Counted from the first letter of the stretch, positions 9,414-20,731 are shown. The stretch: DNA of 64,000 nt from an uncultured delta proteobacterium (GCA_963695875.1 CAVOID010000014.1:32001-96000), one strand, 5' to 3'. Notes: generated by a model not told the origin, from the letters alone. Made by a program: numbers and translations.

Positions 9414-10426
9414 ATGACAGCAGAAGAGACATTTGGCCCCATATGGGTATTTGCAGAGCAGGCAGAAGGACGGATCCAGGACGTTTCCCTGCAGCTCGTC
9501 GGGAAAGCCCGCAAGCTTGCCGATGCGTTGAATACGAGCGTTGAAGCCATTCTGCTGGGCAACGGAATGAAAGACCAGGTTCAATTTTTGTTCGCTGCCG
9601 GTGCAGACAGGGTTTATCTGGGGGATGCGCCGGTTCTGGCATGGTATCAACCCGAGATTTACACTGAGATGATCGTATCCCTTGCCGAAGAGAAAAAGCC
9701 GGAGATCATGCTGATAGGCTCAACGTGCACAGGCCGGGAACTGGCCCCGATGGTGGCGGCCCGTTTGAAAACCGGCCTGACCGCTCACTGTATCGATTTG
9801 AATCATCAATGAAGACCGGAATACTGGAACAGTGGATTCCGGCCTATGGAGGGCTGATATCGATTGTCTGTCCGAATAATCGCCCCCAAATGGCCACAGT
9901 GGCAGGAGGTGTTTTCCCTAGGCCCATTATGGATGAAAACCGCCAGGGCGAAATTGTCCTGCTGGATGTCCCGACCAAGATTTCGGGACTGATTCAAACT
10001 TTGCAGGTCGTCTGCCGGGAACCGGAAACCGTACCTCTGGAATCCGCAGCCATTGTGGTTGCCGGCGGTGTCGGTGCAGGGAATGAAGAGGGGTGGCAAC
10101 AGATTGCCGATTTGGCCCAAACGCTTCATGCGGCCCTTGGATGCACGCGACCGGTGGTTGACGAAGGCTGGGCCGGACATGAGGCCATGATCGGTCAAAG
10201 CGGAAAAATGGTATGCCCTGAACTGTACATCGGTATCGGTCTTTCCGGTGAGTTGCAGCATTTAATCGGTGTCGTGGGCGCCAAGGTGATGGTTGCCGTC
10301 AATAAAGATGCCAGGTCTCCCGTATTTGAACAGGTAGATTACGGTATCGTGGAGGATTGCCGGACATTTGTTCCCCTGTTGATTGAAAAGATCAAAGCGT
10401 ACCGGACAAGCTGTGCGGGAGCGTAA
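9414..10426 (+). CDS. etfA: Electron transfer flavoprotein alpha subunit 1 (frameshift near 9805)
   Basis: ARLKTGLTAHC, then in another frame RPQMATV, IGQSGK and IGLSGELQH. Confidence 0.88.
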
Positions 10427-10571
10427 ATCTCAACTTTCACGACCGGGTTTGAAACCCATCCTAAGGCGTTCACCGTAATATCGAAAACCTTTTGTTTGAT
10501 GTTGCACTTCGCCGGGAAACAATGTATTTTTTACAATGATCTTCATAATAACCAGAAGGCGCATCAGATAA

Positions 10572-11858
10572 ATGGATAAGTTCGATGTGATCATCGTGGG
10601 AGCAGGTCTTGCCGGTCTGGGAGCAGCCTACACATTAGCAGGCAGCGGTCTTGAGGTGCTCATCCTGGAGCGAGGAGACTATCCTGGCGCCAAGAACGTG
10701 ACAGGGGGTCGCCTTTATGTGAACCCCGTTCGTGATCTCTTTCCCGGTCTGTTCGAAAAAGCCCCCCTGGAGCGCTTTATAACCCGCGAAGGCCTCACCC
10801 TCATGGCAAAAGAGCGTTCCGCCTCTTTCAGTTATTCCGGGAACGAACTGCGGGAAGAACCCCACCAGAGTTACAGCGTACTGCGCGCGAAGTTTGACCG
10901 GTGGCTTGCCGAACAGGCCGAAGAGAAAGGGGCTATGGTGCTCTCCAAGATCAGGGTTGATGACGTCATCAAAGACAACGGGAAAATCTCCGGCGTTCTG
11001 GCAGGCGGTGACGAACTGCGAGCCGATGTGGTTATCGCCTGTGACGGTGTGCTCTCGCTCTTGTCGGAAAAGGCAGGGCTCCGGTCACCCGGCTCCCCTC
11101 ATAACTTTGCCCTCGGGATCAAGGAGGTGATCGCCCTGGATCCCGGGGTGATCAATGACCGCTTTCACCTGGAAGGCAACGAGGGCGCGGCGCATCTCTT
11201 TGTAGGCGAGGTCACACAGCGGTAAATTCGGGGGCGGATTTCTCTACACGAACAGGGAAAGCCTCAGCCTGGGAATCGTCATCGGCATCGAGGATGCCAT
11301 GGATGAGAAATCGCTATCGAAGTACCGTCCTTCTGGAAGCGTTCAAGAAGCGGCCTGAGATCGCCCCGCTAATCAGGGGAGGAAACACAGTGGAATATTC
11401 CGCCCATGTCATTCCGGAAGGTGGATTCAAGGCGCTGGGTAACCTCTATGGAAATGGCATTCTGGTTGCGGGTGATGCCGCCGGACTGGCACTGAACATC
11501 GGTTTCACCGTGAGAGGCATGGAATATGCCCTGGCATCGGGCTACTTCGCCGCCCAGGCCGTCCTGAAGGCAAAGGAAGCGGGAAATTTCAGCACTGAGA
11601 CCCTCAGCATATACAAGAAGCTCTTCGAGGAAAGTTTTGTCCTCCAGGATTTGAAGAACTTTCAGGAAACACCTGCTGTTGTCAGCAATCCCAGGTTTTT
11701 CACCCACTATCCGGAACTGATCGGAAACCTCATGAAAGACATCTACGCGGTCCCGGCCGGCCCCAAGGAGAGGCTGTACCCGACTATTAAAAAGACATTT
11801 GACCCTGGGCGAGTTGTGGAGCATTTTCAAGGATCTGAAAGAGGTAATGAAGATATGA
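10572..11858 (+). CDS. fixC: FixC-family FAD-dependent oxidoreductase (several frameshifts)
   Basis: VGAGLAG, GAKNVTGG, EYSAHVIPEGG and VAGDAAG across ORF fragments; ends KEVMKI*. Confidence 0.88.
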
Positions 11859-12142
11859 GCGAGAATGTGGAATTGAAGGCCAAGCTGGGGCTTGACGTAT
11901 TCAAACCCGTCGCAGTTCCGCATATCAAAATCAGGCCGGGCATGGAAAAAGACCCCCGTCTGAAACCCGCCGTCCGGCTCTGTCCCGCGGGACTTTACAG
12001 TGAAAATGAAAACGGGGAGGTTGTGCTTGCCACCATCGACGGATGCCTGGAATGCGGCACCTGCCGGCTTGCCTGCGGCACCGAGGTTCTGGAATGGAAC
12101 TACCCTGAAGGAGGAACGGGTGTGCAGTTTCGGTTCGGATAG
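11855..12142 (+). CDS. fixX: FixX-type ferredoxin
   Basis: CPAGLY, GCLECGTCRLAC and WNYPEGGTGVQFRFG; ATGA overlap with fixC. Confidence 0.9.
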   Translation: MSENVELKAKLGLDVFKPVAVPHIKIRPGMEKDPRLKPAVRLCPAGLYSENENGEVVLATIDGCLECGTCRLACGTEVLEWNYPEGGTGVQFRFG

Positions 12143-12280
12143 GCATGAGACTGAAGGTCTGCACTACATTTCCCTTTTTGAAAAGGGAATATATGCGAAT
12201 CTGCTTTGTAATAAGACATTTCAAAGGCTTGTTAGCTTTAAAACAATATGCAGAAATGATAATCTATAAGGAGGTACATC

Positions 12281-13423
12281 ATGGACTTTAAACTGACAGA
12301 GGAACAGGAACTGATTCGCCAGAACATGCGGGAATTTTGCAAGAAGTATGTGGACCCCATCGCTGTGGAAATCGACGAGAACAGCCGCCACCCCGCAGAG
12401 TTGTTTCAGAAGCTTGCCGAGGGGGACTGGATGGGCATGCCCATTCCGCAGGAATACGGCGGTGCCGGCGCAGACCAGCTGACTTTCGTCATTGCGGTGG
12501 AGGAGCTTTCCCGGTCCTGCGCGTCCACCGGGTTTACCGTATCGACTCATGCGGGCATCGTGTGCATGATGCTCCTTCTCTTCGGGACAGAAGAGCAGAA
12601 GAAGAAATTCCTGATCCCCCTGGCCAAAGGGCAAGCACCTGGGGGCCTTCGCCCTGACCGAACCCGGAGCGGGCACGGACGTGATGGCCGCTGCCGCTAC
12701 CGCCGTAATCGACGGCAACGATTACGTCATCAATGGAACCAAGACCTTCACCTCCAACGGCCCAACCGCCGGCACGTATCTCGTCTTTGCCTGGACGGAC
12801 AAAGCAGCAGGCCGGAAAGGCATGAGCGCCTTCATCGTCCCCAGGGAAGCCCCCGGTATGAGAGTCGGGAGAACATTTCAAGAAGATGGGGCTCAGGTCA
12901 TCTCAGACATCCGAGATGATCTTCAAAGACTGCCGCGTGCCCAAGGAAAATCTGCTGGGAAAAGAAGGAATGGGTCTCCAGATGGCCATGACCGGCTTTG
13001 ACCATGGCCGGATCGGGATCGCCGCCCAGTGTGTGGGCATCCTCCAGGCAGCCCTGGATGAATCCATCCGATATTCCAAGGAACGCGTCCAGTTCGGCAT
13101 CTCCCATCGCCCGCCATCAGGCCATTGCCTGGATGATCGCCGACATGGCAACGGATCTGGCCGCCGCCCGATTCCTCACCTATCATGCCGCCTGGCTCAA
13201 GGATCAGAAGCAGCCCTTCAGCAAGGAAGCCGCCATGGCCAAACTCTATGCATCGGAGGCGGCGATGAAACACACCATCAAGGCGGTCCAGATCCACGGC
13301 GGATACGGCTACTGCAAGGGCGCCAAGGTGGAGCGGCTGATGCGCGACGCCAAGATCACGGAAATCTACGAGGGCACCTCGGAAGCCCAGCGCATGGTGA
13401 TTTCCGGAAATGTGCTGCGCTAA
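12281..13423 (+). CDS. Acyl-CoA dehydrogenase 2, butyryl-CoA dehydrogenase-like (several frameshifts)
   Basis: [29 protein letters not shown] and [13 protein letters not shown] across frames. Confidence 0.9.
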
Positions 13424-13474
13424 GGTTAACAGCATTGTTTCCTTGCCGGAGTATCACGAATGCATTGAAACTTG

Positions 13475-13590
13475 TCATTCGTCTGGCTTGACCAGAAAGA
13501 TCCAGTAAGTCTCCCTTTTACAAAGGGAGATTTAGAGGGATTTTACAAAGGAAATAACAAATCCCCCGGCCCCTTTAAAAAAGGGGGTGA
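13475..13590. repeat. Cluster of degenerate REP-like palindromes
   Basis: CTCCCTTTTACAAAGGGAG and CCCTTTAAAAAAGGG hairpins in intergenic DNA. Confidence 0.45.
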
Positions 13591-13638
13591 CTTAAATCTG
13601 ATTTTCACAACTTGATGATCTTGAAAGGTGAACAGTTT

Positions 13639-14407
13639 ATGCCCACTATCATCGCCTGCTTCAAATGGGTCGTCGATGAAGCCTACATCCGGCGAGCGCC
13701 ATCCGGCGATCTGGATTTCTCCTCAGTCGATTACAAGATCGGTGATTATGACCGCAATGCCATCGAAGAGGCCGTCCGTCTGAAAGACAACCCTTGGCGG
13801 CAGTGCCATCGCCATCACCGTCGGCGTTCCCGAGGCAACGAAAGGCATCAAGGATGCCCTCTCCCGGGGAACGGACCAGGCCTACTTCATCGCCGATGCA
13901 TCGTTCGGTAATCTGGAACCTTCCCAGACCGCGGCCCTCCTGGCAGAGGTCATCCGCACACGGATTCAGCCCTACGACCTGATCATCTGCGGCGAAGGTT
14001 CCAGCGACCTCTACGCCCAGCAGGTCGGCCCTCGCCTGGCAGAAAAACTGGGGATACCCTGCATCTCCTTCGTCCAGAAGATTTCTATCGACGGGGATCA
14101 ACTCATTGCGGAGCGGCGTGTTGAAGAAGGTATCGAAGTCATTGCCGCACCCCTGCCTGCCCTGGTGACGGTTCTTCCCGACATCAATGTTCCCAGGATA
14201 CCGGGAGTTAAGGACACTCTGATGGCTTCAAAAAAGCCCGTTGTTACAATCAAAAAGGATGAACTGTCACCTATTGGTGAGGCCCGTCTGCAAACCATCA
14301 GTCTCAGAGCGTCACGTATGGAACGGACCTGCGAGAGGTTCGGAACAGACGCCGCGGAGATCAACCGCTTCGTTGGGTCCCTACGGAAGAAAGGCGTCAT
14401 CGGCTAA
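13639..14407 (+). CDS. fixA: ETF beta subunit 2, FixA-type (frameshift near 13790)
   Basis: IACFKWVVDE, YDRNAIEEAV and ICGEGSSDLYAQQVGP motifs. Confidence 0.85.
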
Positions 14408-14417
14408 AGGAGAACAT

Positions 14418-15366
14418 ATGGCTGGAGTCTGGATTATTTCGGAAAACCGTGAGCAAGCCCTGGAACTTTTAATATTGGCCGCGAACTTGCCGAGAAGATG
14501 GGAACGAACGTTTCCGCGCTTCTCTCGCAGGATCGTGAACGGGCGCAAGACTATATCGAAGCACGGAGCGGACGAGGTTCTGATTCTGCCCCCTCTTGCC
14601 GGTGATCAGTCCATAGATGCTTACATCCCCATTATCGTTGAAGAGGCAAAAAAAGATGATCCTGATTTGATCCTTATACCCGCCACAGCGAGAGGAAAGG
14701 ACATGGCCGCCCGCATCGCATCCCGCCTGGACACAGGCCTATGCAGCAGTTGTATGTCCATTGCCTTTGATGAGGCAAGCAAAACTTTGGTGATGGAGCG
14801 TCTGGCATACGGAGGCGCTGCCGTGCAGAAGGTGATCTGCACCACCCGGCCCGCGATGGCCACCATCCCGCCGCGGACATATGAGCCTGCCATGGCAGAG
14901 GAAGGACGGCAAGGACAGATTCGGGAGCTCCCGGCACCTCCCCCCTCAGCGGTAAAGGTCCTGGAGAGAAAGGTAAAAGAACGGGTAGCGAAAGACATTA
15001 CGGAGGCACGGGTTATTGTCTGTGTGGGAAGAGGTATGGAGAAGAAGCGAGGATCTGGCTCTTGCCCGGCAGTTGGCTGAGGCCCTGGGCGGCGAAATCG
15101 CCTGCACGCGGCCGATTGCCGAGGAGTATCACTGGCTGCCCGAAGAACTCTGCATCGGGCTTTCCGGCGTGCAGGTGAAACCTGATCTTTATTTAGGCAT
15201 CGGTGTTTCCGGACAGGTCCAGCATGTCACCGGTATCCGCAATGCCAAGGTGATCGCTGCCGTGAACAAAGATGAGAATGCCCCCATTTTCAAAGCCGCC
15301 GACTTCGGCATCGTCGGCGATCTCTATGACGTGCTGCCAAAACTTATTACCGAGTTAAAAAAGTGA
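14418..15366 (+). CDS. fixB: ETF alpha subunit 2, FixB-type (frameshifts)
   Basis: RLAYGGAA, ACTRPIAE and GVSGQVQHVTGI motifs. Confidence 0.85.
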
Positions 15367-15434
15367 AGATGGTCTTTTCTGTCATTGCGAACGATTGAAG
15401 AGATTGCAATCCGACGAACTCGCAGATAGAAGGA

Positions 15435-16121
15435 TTGAATCATTTGACTGGCCGCAAACCATTTGTCGTCGTTGGCGTTGACCTGGCCGGGTCTGTGCAC
15501 CGTCCGTCTGGCATATGCATACTCCGTGGCCTGAAGGCCGAGACGCACATTGCCTTCAGCGACGAAGAAATTCTTCAGTGGGTCTCCCAGGCCCAGCCCG
15601 ACCTCGTTCCCATCGATGCACCGCTCAGCCTCCCCAAGGGGCGGATGACGATCCATGACCGCTCGGGTGGACATTTCCGCGATTGCGACTATGAGCTGAA
15701 GCGGCGCGGCATCCGTTTCTTCCCCATCACCCTCGGTCCGATGCGGATGTTGACCGAGCGCGGCATTGCGCTCAAAGCGAAGATAGAAGTGATGGGGTAC
15801 CGCGTGGTGGAGTGCTACCCCGGGGCGGCGCAGCATCTGTGGGGAATTCCCCGCCAGCACCGGGATCGCGCAGGCCTTCTGGCCGGACTCAGAGAACTGG
15901 GAGTGAAAGGATTGCCGGAGGCTCTGACCGGCGACGAACTGGACGCGGTGACTGCGGCCCTGGTCGGCCGGTGGTTTCTCCAAGGGAAGGGGGAACTGAT
16001 CGGCGGCGATGATGGGATCGTTATCCCTTCCGTACACCGACGAGGAGAGAGGAGCTCAACCCTGACAGACACAGCCCATGATCCGGCGGTACAGAAGAAA
16101 CTCCGGACAGTGTTGCCATGA
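15435..16121 (+). CDS. DUF429-family RNase H-like protein
   Basis: GVDLAG, IDAPLSLP, ECYPG and DELDAVTAA motifs; C-terminus runs into the intron remnant. Confidence 0.8.
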   Translation: MNHLTGRKPFVVVGVDLAGSVHRPSGICILRGLKAETHIAFSDEEILQWVSQAQPDLVPIDAPLSLPKGRMTIHDRSGGHFRDCDYELKRRGIRFFPITLGPMRMLTERGIALKAKIEVMGYRVVECYPGAAQHLWGIPRQHRDRAGLLAGLRELGVKGLPEALTGDELDAVTAALVGRWFLQGKGELIGGDDGIVIPSVHRRGERSSTLTDTAHDPAVQKKLRTVLP

Positions 16122-16440
16122 CGGGCGCCGCTCCCGAAGGAGCTGCAAACCGGGCAGGTCTCCCCGGATAAGAACGTGAACTGTCGCTACACAACCGCAG
16201 CATTTACCCTATCTCCCGAATCCAGGGCTTTGTCATGTTGTGCTGACTTGCCCGGAGACTGGGCCTTGTATGCTGTTTCTGTTCGTCGGCTCATAGCTTT
16301 GCGCTCCGGCTTCCTTCGGACGGTCCCTCGCGGTTCCGCCCTTGCCTTCGGCTAGTACTTGTGTCAATGTATCATGACATTGACAGGATTCACGTACAGG
16401 GGACTTTCACCCCATAAGTTCACGCCCATGCCGGGCGTAC
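16111..16440 (-). ncRNA. 5' fragment of a group IIC (attC-targeting-type) intron; RT ORF and domains V/VI absent
   Basis: Minus strand starts GTACGCCCGGCATGGGCGTGAAC..GGGGTGAAAGTCCCC and continues through GTTCTTATCCGGGGAGACCTG, a IIC-type domain I; abuts an attC-like hairpin. Confidence 0.85.
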
Positions 16441-16493
16441 ACATAATCACTTCAGCGGATGGCCAATAGCCGCCGCTGATTTTTTCGCCAGAC
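16441..16493 (+). repeat. Degenerate integron attC site (intron target)
   Basis: TCAGCGG...CCGCTGA inverted repeat, followed by GCCAGAC (decayed GTTAGAC R' box). Confidence 0.6.
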
Positions 16494-16515
16494 CAGATAG
16501 CCACGAGGAATTACC

Positions 16516-16638
16516 ATGCATACACAGACTTACCTGAAGACATTTTGGTACCTTGAACAGCGACCCCAAGTATTTGTAGCCATGAGTTTTGCACCTCAGT
16601 ACAGCAATCCTTTCAATCAAGTTATGTCCTTCGGCTAA
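16516..16638 (+). pseudogene. Truncated gene-cassette ORF (40 aa)
   Basis: GAGGA RBS; MHTQTYLKTFWYLEQRPQVFVAMSF... stops just after the FVAMSF beta-strand motif. Confidence 0.45.
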
Positions 16639-16704
16639 TCAATCGCCAGTCTGCACTCCAATTAGCAGTGGGCTATCAAAAATAAGAAAAAGGTGGGAGG
16701 AAGA

Positions 16705-17874
16705 ATGAAGAATTTGAGATCTTATTTACTGATTGCAAGTATCGTAATGGTTTTGCTCTTTTCCAGTTATGCCTCTGCATCTTGGCAGATCCAGTATTAT
16801 GGGGAAGCGGCACGGACGTTTGGTTCCGCTCCCCGGGGGAACTTCTCCACTCGTTCTGCATGCGAAGCTTACTGGAGATCCTCGCCCAAGTTTGAGAGAA
16901 ATAATTCCCGTTGCGTGGGCTCTGATACACCTTCTGTTCCTTCCGGCAGTCTGGGTCCATCACAACAGATGGCTATTGGAATTGTCGGCAGCCTTTTCAG
17001 TAGCATATTTAGCGGAATGCTTGATGATTCGACTCCATCTCCATCTACAGATAATACTTATCGGGAACAATTGAAAATACAGCAGGAAGAACAACGGAAG
17101 AAGGAGATGCAAGCAGCTATTGATGCATGGAGGAATGCACAGGAGAAGGCGGCACAAGATGCTTTGAAGGAGCAGCAGAAAAAAAGAGAGCAAGGGGCAT
17201 TGCTTATTGGTAAAATGGATGGCGGTATTACCGGTGGTGGAGGAAAGCTTGAACCTATGTGGATAGCCCAGAAGCCAGAGCTCAAACCCATACAGCTTGG
17301 AGGGTATGACACTTCCAAACTCAAACCCATGGAAAGACTTCTTTGCACATCATATTTTTCAACCCGTGCCCTTGAGGAGACAAGAAAAGGAAACCGCGAA
17401 GGTGCAAGGTTCTTTAGTGAACAGTCTGACAAGGTGATGACTGGAGCAAAGGCTGATGTTGAATGCAAATTTCCTAAAATTCCGGATGTTCCAATGCCAA
17501 AAGCACAGGCAACTCAACAGATGGATTCAAAAAAATTTACAGCCCTTATGAAAGATTTTAATGTAAAGCTCAAAGAACTTCAAAACATTGAAACCGAGCT
17601 TAATAAAGTGAGACAGGAAAAGCAAACGGCAGAGGAAAATCTGAAAAAGATAGATGAAAAGATAACAGAGATAAGTAATCAGGTGCAATCCGCACAAAAA
17701 CCTGAAGAGAAGGCTCAGGCAGATGATCTTCTTCAGCAAGCACTTGCTGCAAGGTCAGATGCAGAAAATCAGGTAAACTCTGCAAAACAGAGTGAGCAGG
17801 AACTTTTGAATAAGACAAAGGATATGGCAAGGGATATAGATTCACAACTAAAATCCATTCAAAAGGGAGAGTAG
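16705..17874 (+). CDS. Secreted hypothetical protein with Cys pairs and long coiled coils
   Basis: Long open frame, GGAGG RBS, signal peptide (SYASA), Q/E/K-rich heptads. Confidence 0.8.
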   Translation: MKNLRSYLLIASIVMVLLFSSYASASWQIQYYGEAARTFGSAPRGNFSTRSACEAYWRSSPKFERNNSRCVGSDTPSVPSGSLGPSQQMAIGIVGSLFSSIFSGMLDDSTPSPSTDNTYREQLKIQQEEQRKKEMQAAIDAWRNAQEKAAQDALKEQQKKREQGALLIGKMDGGITGGGGKLEPMWIAQKPELKPIQLGGYDTSKLKPMERLLCTSYFSTRALEETRKGNREGARFFSEQSDKVMTGAKADVECKFPKIPDVPMPKAQATQQMDSKKFTALMKDFNVKLKELQNIETELNKVRQEKQTAEENLKKIDEKITEISNQVQSAQKPEEKAQADDLLQQALAARSDAENQVNSAKQSEQELLNKTKDMARDIDSQLKSIQKGE

Positions 17875-17900
17875 GTTAAAAATAGAACAGGAGATGAAGT

Positions 17901-19943
17901 ATGAAAAACCTTATTGCATTATTTTCAATACTTGCGATCTTAATTGTGCCGGCTGGCTGTGCAAGTGTAACATTACCGCCTTTAATGGATGCAGCCGATA
18001 GAGGGGATATTAATGCTGTAAAAGCTTTGCTGGATAAGGGAGCGGATGTGAATGAGTGGTATTATGGTACAGCCTTGATGCAGGCATCGAGTAAAAAGAA
18101 TGCCGACATGGTGAAACTTCTGATAGACAGGGGTGCCGATGTAAATGCGATGACTCAGGGAGGATCGTCCGCCTTGGGGATTGCGGCAGAATTCGGTCAC
18201 GCCGATATAGTGGAAATTCTAATTAATAAAGGTGCTAATGTAGATAAAGCTATAATGGGTTTGAAGAAAAGAGCTATCTCCGTTGCCAACTACCCCGATA
18301 TAGTTGCTAAAGTTAACCGCGGCATTGATCTAATTAATGAAATACAAAAAAACCTTCCGAATAAGGCTGGTTGGGCGTATTATTCTAATGGACAATATCA
18401 GGAGGCGATAAATTCATTCAAGCAGGCTATTAGCTTAGACCCATCTATCAGTTTTAATTTTAGAGGCCTTTCAGCATCTTATAATGCGTTAAAGCAGTAT
18501 GATGAGGCTATAACCGCAGCAAAGAGGGCGATAGAGCTTAAGCCTGATAATGCTAATGCTTACAGCGATCTCGGCATAGCGTATTCACATAAAAAACAGT
18601 TTGACGAGGCATTAAATGCTCACCAAAAAGCTATTGAGATAGAACCAAAAAATGCAACTCTTTACACCAATATTGGCAATTTATTCCTTCAGAGGGAAGA
18701 TTATAGCAGGGCGGCAGACAATTATAAAAAGGCAGCAGTACTGACTCCGAATGACACAAGACCCCTGTTTGCCCTTGCAAACACATACAGACAGATGGGC
18801 AGATACGATGATGCATTTGAGCCAGCAAATAAGGCAATTGCATTGATGACTATAACCGGAGTGGGCTTGGGAATCGCAATTGAGGGGGATTACCCCGTTG
18901 TGCGAAGACAAATAGTCGGTGAATCGGGACTAATAGAAGGACCCGCTAAAAGAGCAGGCATACAGGCAGGAGATAAAATCATCAAGATTGACGGCATACC
19001 AACAAAAAGGTGGGATATAAATAAGGTTATCCAAAATGTAAAAGGCTCAGAAGGAACACAGGTTGTCCTTACAATCGAAAGAAAGAACTTTGATAAGCCT
19101 ATAGAAAAGACACTTACAAGGGAAACGATTATCTTTAAAGACGCAGCTCCGCTTTTCGGTCTAAGAAGCCTTGCCAACAGAGAAAAAGGCAGGTTAGAAG
19201 AATCTTACAAAGATGCTGAAAAGGCATACTCCCTTGATCCGAATGACAGGTGGGCAAAGAGTGCTATGAGTATCGCGTTTATTGATAAAGGTAAATATAA
19301 CGATGCCCTAAATATCTTATCAACCATAAAAGATAGCCCCTTTGACCGCATATTTGAATCAATAGCCTACTCAAAACTTGGAGATATGAAAAAGGCGGTT
19401 GAGATGTATAGCTCAATTCAAGAAGATTATTTAGCTACCCAAAGTGCCGTGCGTCAAAGCTACAAAAAAACCCTTTTAGAATCTCTAAAGCCTTATGTCA
19501 ATGCCAGGAAAGACTCTGCGAAACTCCTTGAAAAAAAGAGTCAATACAGAGAAGCACTCAAAGAATATGCAGAGGCTCTAAAGGTTGCCGATGACAGAGA
19601 TGCGAAAGAGGTAAGAAATCGTGTTGCAGTGTTGATTAGAAACAATCCTTATCTTGCGGAACTCCCTGAAGAGGCAAGAAAGTATGCTTTAAGAGCAGAG
19701 GTCTTGCTTAAAGATGGAAATTTTAAAGAATCGCTGAATGAATTCAATTCTGCTATAAAGATAGCGCCATTTGCTCCTCAACTCTATTTCAACACAGCCC
19801 TTGTATATGGAGAACTGAAAAACTACAAATCAGCCAAAAGATATATGAACATCTATATTGACCTTTATCCCGCTGCACCAAACATCCGCCAGGTGAAGGA
19901 CGAGATTTACAAATGGGAATTTATGATGGAGAAAGGTAAATGA
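17901..19943 (+). CDS. Lipoprotein with ankyrin repeats, TPRs and an embedded PDZ domain
   Basis: PAGC lipobox; LLDKGADVN/GTALMQA ankyrins; TPRs; GVGLGI...GPAKRAGIQAGDKIIKIDG PDZ. Confidence 0.88.
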   Translation: MKNLIALFSILAILIVPAGCASVTLPPLMDAADRGDINAVKALLDKGADVNEWYYGTALMQASSKKNADMVKLLIDRGADVNAMTQGGSSALGIAAEFGHADIVEILINKGANVDKAIMGLKKRAISVANYPDIVAKVNRGIDLINEIQKNLPNKAGWAYYSNGQYQEAINSFKQAISLDPSISFNFRGLSASYNALKQYDEAITAAKRAIELKPDNANAYSDLGIAYSHKKQFDEALNAHQKAIEIEPKNATLYTNIGNLFLQREDYSRAADNYKKAAVLTPNDTRPLFALANTYRQMGRYDDAFEPANKAIALMTITGVGLGIAIEGDYPVVRRQIVGESGLIEGPAKRAGIQAGDKIIKIDGIPTKRWDINKVIQNVKGSEGTQVVLTIERKNFDKPIEKTLTRETIIFKDAAPLFGLRSLANREKGRLEESYKDAEKAYSLDPNDRWAKSAMSIAFIDKGKYNDALNILSTIKDSPFDRIFESIAYSKLGDMKKAVEMYSSIQEDYLATQSAVRQSYKKTLLESLKPYVNARKDSAKLLEKKSQYREALKEYAEALKVADDRDAKEVRNRVAVLIRNNPYLAELPEEARKYALRAEVLLKDGNFKESLNEFNSAIKIAPFAPQLYFNTALVYGELKNYKSAKRYMNIYIDLYPAAPNIRQVKDEIYKWEFMMEKGK

Positions 19944-20731
19944 TAGGCAAGGGAAAAACAGGTATGTATATTCTACCAGTTCTCCTTTTGGTAATCTTTT
20001 GTGGTATCACTTACGCACAGGATTCCGATGTACAGAAGAATAACTGGCTGCTTGGCGTGATATTTAAGCTGGAAAGGATGAAGGACAATTCAGTGGCAGA
20101 TATTCAGAAATGCGAGCGTGAGATTCAGAAATCTGAAAGCACTATCAGAAAATCTGAAGATATTATAAGACAGGCACAACAAAAAGGTAATGCGCAGGCT
20201 GAAATGATTGCGCGTCAGGCGTTAACAACAGCACAAGAGGCAAAGAGAAAAAATGAGATACTGAAACAGGAGGCCGAAAAGAGAAAAAGTAAAGCAGAAC
20301 TGGCTAAAGCAAGCGTGAGCGATACGCTTGCAAAACAACTAAACCTGCCAGAGGAAACAAAAGAATCCTCAGCTAAAGACAATACAGGACTGACTTTGCC
20401 GCCTTATTTTGACGAGGGAGCGCCGCCGGTTGATTGCAATAAAGCATTAAAACAACTCGATAATCCGAACTGCAAATGTTTGGCTGCTAATAGGGCGCCT
20501 GTATGCCCTGGAAAAGGCATGAAATTGCCGCACGAAGAAGAAATAACTTATGTTTTTTACTGGAATATTGCATTTACTACAGAAGGCAGACATTACTTAA
20601 ATGATGGCGTTTATTTTGGAAAGCATGACTCCTACGATAAAGCATTTAAGGCTTGTCAGGAAGATGCTAAGAATAGAAGTCATGTGGATTTTGTAGATCA
20701 TGTTCAGAAAATTAATTGCATACCGCAATAA
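19940..20731 (+). CDS. Secreted hypothetical protein (coiled coil + Cys-rich C-terminal region)
   Basis: ATGA overlap with the upstream gene, signal peptide (TYAQ), Cys-rich second half. Confidence 0.78.
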   Translation: MIGKGKTGMYILPVLLLVIFCGITYAQDSDVQKNNWLLGVIFKLERMKDNSVADIQKCEREIQKSESTIRKSEDIIRQAQQKGNAQAEMIARQALTTAQEAKRKNEILKQEAEKRKSKAELAKASVSDTLAKQLNLPEETKESSAKDNTGLTLPPYFDEGAPPVDCNKALKQLDNPNCKCLAANRAPVCPGKGMKLPHEEEITYVFYWNIAFTTEGRHYLNDGVYFGKHDSYDKAFKACQEDAKNRSHVDFVDHVQKINCIPQ

